Shown here: piece after piece, positions 54,430 to 64,000 of the stretch
Layout: each line of letters opens with the position of its first letter
Position numbering within the stretch: position 1 is the stretch's first letter
Assembly: GCA_013239625.1 (NCBI GenBank)
Contig: MU057350.1
Span: 34,059,678 to 34,123,677 of the forward strand
Source of the DNA: Lama guanicoe
Lineage: Eukaryota
Length of the DNA: 64,000 bases
Direction of reading: 5' to 3'
Translations under genes and position numbers: made by a program
The notes under the pieces: model-generated
What the model was told of the DNA's origin: nothing
The model's input: only the letters and a program-made list of their open reading frames with translations
Database searches by the model: none

Positions 54430-56860
54430 ACCTTCATGCAATATTCCCTCCACCATATTACCAAACCAAGGAATGTCAGAGCTGAAGTTCCATTAAGATG
54501 ACACACCTGTGTCAAGTCCTCCAGGCAACCTGGGTTGTAGATCCACCTAAGATCATCTGAGAAGCTGAAGACCAACCTGACCCATCAGTAGAGAATTTGG
54601 ACTCAAAGGATTCCTGTCTTCAGCCCTTCCCCACACCAATGGGAAAAAGACACACACCCCAAGTCTGAGAGCAAGAGGTGTGGGAGTTGACACTGATGAC
54701 CCAAGCCCACAACAGATTTTGTGCATGTGATCAACGTTCATTGGATCTTGCCTGAATGAATTAAATTCATTCATTGGTATTCATTTACCAATTCATTCAT
54801 TGGTAAATATGTACAAAACACTCTTCCAGAGAAGGTGAAAAACTTCACCTGGATTATCAAGTATTCTGTGATGAGAAGGAACTTTGAGACTAAGCAGAAT
54901 TGTCGGGCACATGAGGATAAAAGGAGGATCTAGGCTTGTCCAGCAGGGGCTTGGATGATGAGGGACACAACCAGCCCCTCCCTCACCCACATATACACAT
55001 ATCTGTGGGCCAAAGTCCAAGGAAAAGATCTTTGGAAGCATTATTCTTAGGGATCTGGACAGTATTAATTCAACAACATCCCCAGATTAGGTTCTGCAAG
55101 GACTGCAAACAAGAGAAGGAGTTTAACATGTTGCTCTTGACTCCCTGTTTCAACCATGGGTTTTTTCAGTAGAGCCAAGTGTGCTATAGGGAATGGGAGC
55201 CAATAGAGGCAGGAATGTCAGCAGAAACAATTACTCTTCTCACCAAAATAAAGAGCATAAAATGCTCAAAATCAAATGAAGAATGGACTGTTCTAGAACT
55301 CAGAAGTCTATTGTTCAAATACGAAATGGAAACAAAATAAAGCTTTCAGCTTATATTTCTCCCTAGGCACTAAGAAAGTGTGTAACACTAGAAATACAAT
55401 AACTTCACATTAAAATAATCATGCAGGTGTAGAAACTTAATACACGAGCGGCCGTTTTATCCCAATGAAAAGCTGAGTTGTCGATTTCTTCCAAGACATG
55501 ACGACTTACAAAAATTACATGATCTCCAAGGCAGGTCTAATTATATATCTTTAAACAATGTACATTCATCTTATAGCAGATTTAAAATGAATGAGACAAG
55601 TAAAACAACCCTGAGAATCTAATGAATGGAAAATATCCCATTATCAGAGTTCTGAGACATTGTTTCTGGCAGGTACAACTGGAAGTAGAAATGGAGGCAA
55701 TACTTAATCCGAAAACTCCCTAGAAGAAAAGCCACCACCACAAGAGGATGGGTGTTGGGAATGCATCCATGGGATCATGATAGCCTCACTCCATTGGTAC
55801 TGAGCCCATCCCTTTCTCTGAAAGGAGAACCTAGGATGCTTGACATTCTTCTGGAAGGAATGAGTGGCAGAGGCTAGGCATGTTCCATGCCATTCTCTGT
55901 GTCTGCTTGGTTTTGGCACAGCATGGAGAACAGTAACATGCCTGTTGCCTGCATCTCACTGCAAGCTCCTTCAATCTGTTTTCCAACCCTTGGGTTTTCA
56001 CCAAAATCTCAGAAGGTTGCTCAGCCTCAGGCATAAAGCACATTCCTCATTTTAACCAGCCTTGACAGGAGTTCCATTGATAGGAACCGCAAACAAATCA
56101 TCACTGAGACAGCCCACCAGTGAGTATGACGATTTGTAGCTCTGATTTCTGAGAAGAATGAAACTCAGAATCAAAACAAGGGGCTAATTTCAACATCATA
56201 AACCTCATCTCACGGTAGTAAAGAGCAACCCTCAGAGCCTTTGTGACAAAAGCTATCCAGGCTGAATCGATCTGACTCCCTCTGTGGGTTAGTCAGGGCA
56301 CAGAGCACCTCAGAAACACAGTGATCTTATCACTGAGGGCCAAGAGGATACTATGTCCACCGGCTACATTCTCAATAGAAGCCTTTCTGGCTCATAATTT
56401 TGCCTCACTGAAGTTAGTTGAGCCAAGCAGTATAGTAGCACAGTAAACAATGTGGTTTCAGAGCTGTCTGCTCCGAGAATCTTGGACTGGTCCCCCACCT
56501 TCTCAAAGAAGGTGCTGGTGTTGACCGTTTTGGACACTGTGCCCAGACTATCTGGGACAATTCTATTTCTGCCAAAAGCATCCATTTAAAAAAAAATTGC
56601 AGAGGATACCTAGTTACATGCTTTCTGCATTTAGTCCTTTGCTTCCTCCATGTGACGGTACAATGCTGCCCCTTGAGACTTCACACCCTCCTCAGAGCAG
56701 GCACCCAAGTGTTTTGAAACCCTGAGAAGACAGTGCTCCAATGCAACAGGCAATGTTCCTCAATCAAGTTCCAGTGATGATGGTCTGGAGTAAGGTGGAG
56801 AGCCAGCCTCTTCCAGGGAAGCTGTGTGATAAGAAATATCACATTGACCATCAAGATTCC
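54430..56860. repeat. Ancient repeat unit copy inside the second 7.4-kb segment
   Basis: Collinear with 22460-24830, e.g. cctgtgtcaagtcctccaggcaacctgggttgtag is identical. Confidence 0.85.
55790..55817 (-). ncRNA. Putative 28-nt micro-exon, copy d
   Basis: Minus strand: ggttctcctttcAG | 28 nt | GTGAGG. Confidence 0.45.
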
Positions 56861-56949
56861 CAGGACGGGAAGGAACCCATCGAGACAAAGGAATAGGAAC
56901 GTCAGGTAGACAAGAGCTAAACAACATAGGCTCTATCCAGCACAGTCTC

Positions 56950-58805
56950 ATAATGTGCACCACACGCCCCTTACACCCAGACCTGTGATCAGGAGTCAAA
57001 GCAGAGCAGTTTTGCAAGGATTTCCCCAACTATGTCAGCACAGTGGAATAAGCACTTCCAGGATGGCGGAGTGAGGGTCTCTAAACATCTTCCCACATAA
57101 AAAGCAGAGAGCACAGTGACAAAGCTGTTAGCTTTTGCAGGACTCTGGAAATTGGCCCGGCGCTGCAACAATCCAAGAGCACGTATTCCAGAAAGAAAAA
57201 GCGTAGCTAATTCTTAGAATGCCAAAAAGCTCATTGTTCTAACTTGTTTTATTCTAATCTTCTCCCCAGTTCCACAGTTGACTTGAGAATTCACAGCCTC
57301 ACAACAATGGTAGCCATAAAAAAAAGTCAGCCTATTAGCCTTCGTAGGGTAAAACTGGGTTTGAGTCGTCATAAAAATCCCTTGCCCCAGAAATCGGAAC
57401 GATTTGGCCTGCCTAGCACTTCCCAGTAAAAGCCCTGTTCTGGGCTTGTCTTTAGTTGACCTTAGAGCTGGATCACGGGAAACAGAACTATTCCCAATGT
57501 GCTTCTCAACAAAAACAAAAACAAAAAAATTGTTTAACACAGAGGTAGCGTTACCAGATGGTCAAACAAGAGACAAGAGGCTAAATAAAAACTTGGAAAG
57601 ACTGGAAGAAGATGTTCACTGGGTATTTTGAAAAACCCCAGCATATTTCTGGGACCTTAGAAGGCCACATATGGATAGGTGCATGGCCGTGCACAACCCC
57701 TAAAAAGATATGAGAAAGCCCTAATTTTTCTTGCTGAATTGAGGCTCACAGTGGAGAATAAAGGCTGAGGCAGAGTTACAACTGCCTAATAAAGGTGTGC
57801 TCCAACACACAGGGTGCCTCTTCCACAACTACAAGACTTGTTGGTCCAAAGCACTTAAGGAAATAGCTATCTAATTGTGAAGTGATTAAGGTAACTGAGC
57901 AGAGTTCAATGGCTGAATATAAAGAATTAAGACCTTGTAATATTAGTCCAAAAAGCCAGAAAACAATCAAAAACAAACCCTGGAGTTAAGAAATCTGATC
58001 TCCAGAGCTGCCCATGATTTAAAATATCCAGTCTAACAAACTTGAGGTATACAAATACTCGCATACACAGGGAAAAGTTCCATCAGTAGACACTGTTTCA
58101 AGAAAACCCAAGTTTGTACTTATTGTAAAAAAATAAATTTAAATGAGCTATTTTAAATACCTTCAAAAAGGTAAAAAAAATCATGTGTAAAGAATAAGCA
58201 AAGTATGAGAACAATGTCTCAAGTAGAGAATATCAATAAATAAGAGGTTTAATGAACCACACAGTAATTCTGGCATTGAAAAATACAGTAACAAATTCAT
58301 TTGAGGGATTCAGTAGCAGCTGAGAGCTGGTGAAAGAATGAATCAGCAAACTCAGAGATAGGTTGAGATTGCAGTCTGGGGAAATAAGAAATTAGCAGAA
58401 CCTCAGACACCGGTCAGTATCAGCCTCAGGCACACCAGCATGTGCACAGTGGCAGTCTAAGGAGGAAAGGACGGACGAATATTTGAAGAAATGGGTGTAA
58501 GCATCCAAGCTGACCAAACATTTGACGCAACCAAGAAGCTCAATCACCTCCAAAACTGGATCGACTCAGATCTACAGCTAGACACACAGTCCAACAGTTT
58601 AGAGACAGAAGCTGGGAAGCGGCAAAAGAGCCACTCATCACGTACAAGGGAGCCTCAGTAAGATTAGCAGCTGATTTCTCAGAGATCATATATATAAGAC
58701 GGCATTAGAACCACATCAAAATGTTGAAAGACTTTTCAACCAAGAATTCTTTACCCAGTGAGACTAGCCTTCAAAAATGAATCAACACAATTCCAGGTGA
58801 ACAAA
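56950..58805 (+). mobile_element. Old L1 5'UTR/ORF1 remnant, duplicated copy 3
   Basis: atatttgaagaaatg, ccaagaagctcaa and gtaagattagcagctgatttctca; collinear with 24950-26765. Confidence 0.8.
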
Positions 58806-60509
58806 AACAGGTAATTGAGGCAACAAGCCCTTCTGATCTCACTTTCCCATCCTTGACTAGACCAATTGTGGTACCAAACAGAGCCCATATTTTACCTCTA
58901 ACGGCCTCTTTTCAGACACAGAGAGTAAGATAACTTGGCCCTTGATTTGATGGTCCCCTCAATCAATCTCTAGCTTATTCCTTCACAGAAAGATATGCCA
59001 GAGAAGCTGAGAGGAATAAACACGAACTCAAGCAGGCTGGAATGGCTCTGCCGACCATTCCTGCAGGAAAGGAGGCATAGTTATCCTCTCAGGGGAGGAG
59101 CAAGTTGTGGTGGATGAGGTAGGTGGGAACAGTGTTTCGTTTCAACACCCCTTCCTTATGCTCCCTTTGGGAAGAGGGAGCCACGTAAGCAGCACACGGG
59201 CACTTGCTTCAAGTTGTCAGGCATCTGGTACTGCGTCAACGCACACGAAGAGACTGAATTTCAGTTCACTCTAAAGAGTACTTGCACCTGCTCCTGATGC
59301 AATTGAAGTGAAAGAAACGGAATGTTTTCTTGTCCATGCAAACTGCAGAACAGAGCACTGCAGTGAGCAAGACTGAGTTCATTTATAGAAAATGATTTGT
59401 AACTAAAAAGGTCTTTTGGATGTGGCTCCTCTCTTGTGGTACGGGGTCATCAGGTTCTTCCTGGCGCAAAGGCTGACTGCTTCATGCAGCTGGGCTTCTC
59501 ATGCCCACAGAGCAGGCCGAAGAAATAATGGGGCAAACCCAACGAAGGGCCTCCTTGTTTGGAAATCCTCAGTGGAACTTGAACGTTAAACATATTTCGG
59601 TCTGAGGAGCACACATATCAACAGAGCTGCTCCCACCAACCCACAGACCTGTGAGGACAAGAACGGACATTTCGTGTTGTAGACCACTGGAGTCTGGGCA
59701 CTGTTTGCTAACTGACCCAAGATGTCTGTGAGAGAATCTTGTCATTCAGCACTGCTGCCCTGACTTGTGTTTCATCCTCAAGTACTGGTTTCTCCCAGGA
59801 AGGACAGGATGAATGTTCCATAGTAAACTTTTTTGTTACCACCACACATTTGGTTGTGAACTTAGCTTTCATCTTTGGACAAGACGGTGAAACACATTCC
59901 AGAGTAGAACAAAGCCCATCCTGGGATGCAGTACTAGGGCATCCTCCACGTGTCAGTCAAATGATCGAGCAAGGCAGAGTTGACCATGTCTGACTTTGAG
60001 AAAACCCTTCTTCTGGTAAATGTGTTTTCCTATTGCCCCTAAGATTCCTGTACGTATCATGGGTCAGCCGTTTCCCTGAAAGTCCCCACTTGTGGTCAAG
60101 GTTTTCCTTTTCTTCCTTTCCCTCTTCTTTCCTGCACATTGTGATATTATTAACATACAATGTATTAGCTTCAGATGTACAATAATGATTTAATATTTGT
60201 TATGTATTGTGAAGTGATCACTACAGTTAATCTAGTCACTATACATAGTTACAAAATTTCTCTTAATGACTTTCAGCTTTATTCTCTTAGCAACCTTCAA
60301 ATATCCAATACAATATTAAGTATACTTGTCATGCTGCACATTACAGCCTCACATCTTATTTTATAACTGGCAAGTTTGTACCTTGACTTTCTTCAGCCAT
60401 TTTGCCTAACCCTTACCCCTGCCCCCTACCTCCAGCAAAACATTCATTGGTTTTCTGTATCTGTAAGCTTTTTAGATTCCACATGTAAGTGAGATCATGT
60501 TTTGTGTCT

Positions 60510-63437
60510 CCTGAACTGTAGTTTCTAAGGCTCCAGATAAGCAGCACCAAGGCTTCCAAGAACAAAGCTTTAATCAAGTCACCTGATGAGTGCCTTGATA
60601 CTGACTGATAGGCTTTATGTGGCGTCAGAAACAGAAGCCGACGGCTGAATTCTACCAGACACAAGCATGGTGCCTACTGTCCTCCATCATCTCCTCGGTG
60701 GCTTTGGGTCATGGGGATAAGTCCTCTTGGTCCAAACCTCCCACCTTGCTCAAGGCTGCACACTTTATTTGGGTGTCCTCTGTTGCCAGCTATCTGAAAG
60801 GGGAAGTCACCTTGGTGACCACTCAGCTATAGGGAGTCTGTTCTTAGGGCACCATCGAAGGGCAACCGCTGTGCAGAACTCTGGCTCATTTTCTGTTTAA
60901 AACTTCAGGCCCTCCCCTTCTCAATTTGTTGAGCTGGACTAAAATCACCCATGATAACTTGAAACTGTTGGCCCCCTTGCCACTCATTTGAGATTCCTGA
61001 GTTTATTTGGATGTTCAAGAGAAAAGCTATGGAACAAGAATGTGAAGCATATTTCAATTGGTATTTTGAAGCCTCCAAACGTAATAGTGAATCCACTATT
61101 GCTTCCCTCAGAGAAACAAACTGGCAATTATCTCAAGACTTCCAAGTTGGAACAATCCTGAGGCTTCCAAGAGCACTCTCCCTGGCTCCCTGTGCCCCTT
61201 CCTGCTCCTCTGAGTGTCCACAATGCTCTCCTCGCTATCTGTCTCTCTAAACTTCATTTTATAATACCAAGGCTGATCTCCCACCAGCAGGCTAGCCATA
61301 CTGCCCTCCCTTAACAGCAGCCCCTTGTAAAGCCAGGTCCAGTGAGGACAGCATCTAAACAATCACATATATCCTTTGGACGAATTATATGCATAGCTAA
61401 GGGCTTTCCCAGTGTTAGAGGAGTCTACTGAGTGTCCGAGATAATTTGATCTTCTTGCTGAAACAGCCTGGCTACTCAGATTTATATCAGCTACTGCATC
61501 TGCTTGTAGGAGGGCTTATGTCTAAAGAAATAGAAACTATTGCTTGGAATAATCCTACTGGTGATTTTTCTAGAGTAGGCACAAGGGGACAAGCAGATGT
61601 TCAAAAGTTGGCTAAAGGTCTCTCACTTCTCAACAACTGTTTCCTAAGTGTATTAACTGGTACATTATTCAACTGTGCATGAGCCTCATGGAAGTATATG
61701 ATTATGGTATTTTGAAATTTTTTCAAAGTTCTAACATTAAAGACCTGACAGTTGAAACTGCCAGTCTATTTAACTCTACCTTTCTGGCAAGATTACAAGA
61801 TTCCTTAAGTATCTTGGTTAAACAACATTCCTTAATGTGGATTATGCTGAGACCCCATGAATTTGCTACTCTAGCTAAACAGCTTTCTCAGACTCTGACA
61901 CAGAAATCTCCAAAGAGAAAGCTATCAGAGCCATGGATTCTCAGATCCAGGTGGCTCAGACTCAAACCTTCAAATGAAATAACTGTCCATCAAACCAAGA
62001 TTTCAAGCCTTACTTGGTACTCCAAGGGTGTATGCTCCTATTGCAAGAAACCAGGATGCTTCAGGACAGCCTTCATCTGCTACAAGAATTGGCATATGAA
62101 GGACACAAAAGAAAGGCTTCAGTTTTGTAAAATGCAAGTGAAATATTTAGGATATTTAATATTCAAACAGAGTGGTACTATTAGACCCTAGCCACACGTG
62201 AGGTATCCTGTCTTTCTCTCCCTAAAACCAAGAGATAATTGAAAGGATCTTTTAGGATTAACAGATTGATATAGAAGTTAGATTCCAAATTTCTTTATTA
62301 CAACTCAGCCTTTATACAGAGGCTTTAAGGCTGACCAAGTAGAGGCCTTAGACTGGACGGAGGAATCTGAAACTGGATTTAAAAGGATCAAAGATAGCTT
62401 CTATGACCCACTTGCTGCTTTAGGACATCCCAATTATAAATTGCCTTTCCTCATCTTTGTACATGAAAGAAGGAAACACTAGGAGTCTTAGCCCAATGAC
62501 ATGGACAGAAACATATTTGATATTATGGTCAGTTAGATCCAGTGGTCAAAGAGCTATCCCTCTACATGCAAGCACTCATGACCACAGCAAACATACATTG
62601 TTAAGGAAATTGTCATGGGCTCCCCACTGACAGTATGCATTCTCCATTCAGTGGAAGCCCTACTTAATTCTCATACTCAATGTCTACCAGCAGACTGACC
62701 TCTTATGAAACCCTTTTGCTGCCTTCTCCAAATGTAACTACTGCTCACTCTGACACCTTGAATCCTGCTACTCTTCTTTCTTCCATATGAAGGAACTCCT
62801 TATGACTGCTTGGCACTGACCAATCAATTGCTAACTCCTCATATAAATTTACAGGAGACCCCCCTGGATGATGCAGAAATAATCTGGTTTACTGATGGGT
62901 CACATATGAAGAATGGGACTGGACATATAGCTGGATATGCTATACTGTCTTTTAACTCCACCTATAGTAACTGAATCTTTACTGGAGGCCACCCCTGCTC
63001 AGGAAGCAGAGCTTTTGCTCTAGCTTGGGCTTGCTTTTTAGCCAAAGACAAAACAACTAACGTACATCCTGATAGTGGAGATGTCTTTGGTGTAGGTCAT
63101 GACCTGGGGATGCTCTGGAAACAATGGTTTCTTGACCTCTCTTGGAAAGAAGATTAAAAACATTATGTTTTAAGCTTTATGGATTCCATCTAGATGCCTA
63201 AATCTTTTGTTTGTTTCAAAAACTTCTGGGCATTCTCTGAAAAACATGGAGGAAAGCAAAGGATATCAATTAACTGATGCTGCTGTTAAGTCTATAGCCC
63301 TCCAAATTCCTGTTAGATTTGACCCTAATCCCATTGCCTCTTAAGGTGATTGGAGTCATAAAGGAAATTTACAGAGGCTCAACAGTTGGCTATCCAACAT
63401 GACATAGAAATGGGTAGAACAAAATTGCAGGTTTGAT
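60510..63437 (+). mobile_element. ERV1 proviral remnant: LTR end, PBS, gag and internally deleted pol (RT thumb/connection, RNase H)
   Basis: PBS-like tggcgtcagaa; zinc knuckle CSYCKKPG; KERLQFCKMQVKYLGYLI; PKTKR.LKG; LQETPLDDAEIIWFTDGS; AQEAEL; HDLGMLWKQ; many stops and frameshifts. Confidence 0.9.
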
Positions 63438-63439
63438 TC

Positions 63440-64000
63440 TAAAAGGAGCCTATGGGAATAATACAGGCTGTAAATAGCAGCAGAGAATACTTTAAAAAGG
63501 AAATAGAAACTATAAAGAGGAGCCAGTTAAGAATGGAAAACTCAATGGCTGAGACAATAGCCGAGCTAAGGGCAATCAAAAGGAGACCAGATAATGCAGA
63601 AGAATGAATAAGTAACTTAGAAGACAGGATAACAGAAGTCATCCAATCACAACAGCAGACAGAAAAGCAAGTTAAAACCAATGAAAGCAATATAAGGGAC
63701 CTAGGGGATAATATAAAGCATGCCAACCTATGCATAATAGGAGTCCCAGAAGGAGAAGAAAGAGAAAAGGGAACTGAAAAGGTATTTGAAGAAATCATGA
63801 CTGAAAACTTTCCAAACTTAAAGAAGGAAATAGATATCCAAGTACAGGAAGCACAGAGGGCCCCAAACAGGAAGAACCCTAATAGACCTCCACCAAGACA
63901 TATTATAATTAAGATGGCCAAAGTTAAAGATAAAGAAATTATTCTAAAGGCAGCAAGAGAAAAACAAAGAGTTAGTTACAGGGGAATCCCCATAAGGCTT
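63440..64000 (+). mobile_element. Relatively young L1 ORF1 (5'-truncated, continues beyond the window)
   Basis: Single frame EYFKKEIETIKRSQ...NLCIIGVPEGEEREKG...ENFPNL...QEAQRAP...PRHIIIKMAKVKDKEIILKAAREK with one TGA at 63605-63607. Confidence 0.95.

Noticed and set aside
63439-63921. 160-aa hydrophobic minus-strand ORF
   Set aside because: Antisense shadow of the A-rich L1 ORF1
1-64000. Assigning the locus to a named region (Prader-Willi/SNRPN upstream, MAGE, KRAB-ZNF or X-linked miRNA cluster)
   Set aside because: No diagnostic coding exon, SNORD115/116 copy, KRAB or zinc-finger exon, or known miRNA was recognised; kept only as hypotheses needing a synteny search

Overview
Mammalian non-coding genomic DNA. 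It is probably artiodactyl and possibly camelid, inferred only from the L1 3' end style and the lack of recognisable lineage SINEs. There is one 120-N scaffold gap and no supportable protein-coding gene. The window is a layered duplication landscape. (1) An ancient, highly diverged locus-specific repeat unit recurs about 7 times (1-16.7 kb, 22.5-24.8 kb, 54.4-56.9 kb). (2) A ~7.4-kb head-to-tail segmental unit (ERV1 LTR end/gag remnant, ancient unit, old L1 ORF1, conserved element, inverted L1 3' end) occurs at 16.5-28.5 kb and 53.1-63.4 kb. (3) A very recent, near-identical complex tandem duplication lies at 26.1-34.1 kb. (4) A dense mosaic of ERVL/ERV1/ERV2 remnants and solo LTRs fills 34.7-53 kb, and the window ends in an L1 ORF1. 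The most interesting signal is a set of minus-strand splice acceptor/donor pairs kept at homologous positions in diverged repeat copies, notably a 31/31/31/28-nt micro-exon. This suggests a repetitive, spliced non-coding transcript running antisense to most embedded retroelements. Repeat family names and identity values are by-eye estimates, and boundaries without a TSD are approximate.
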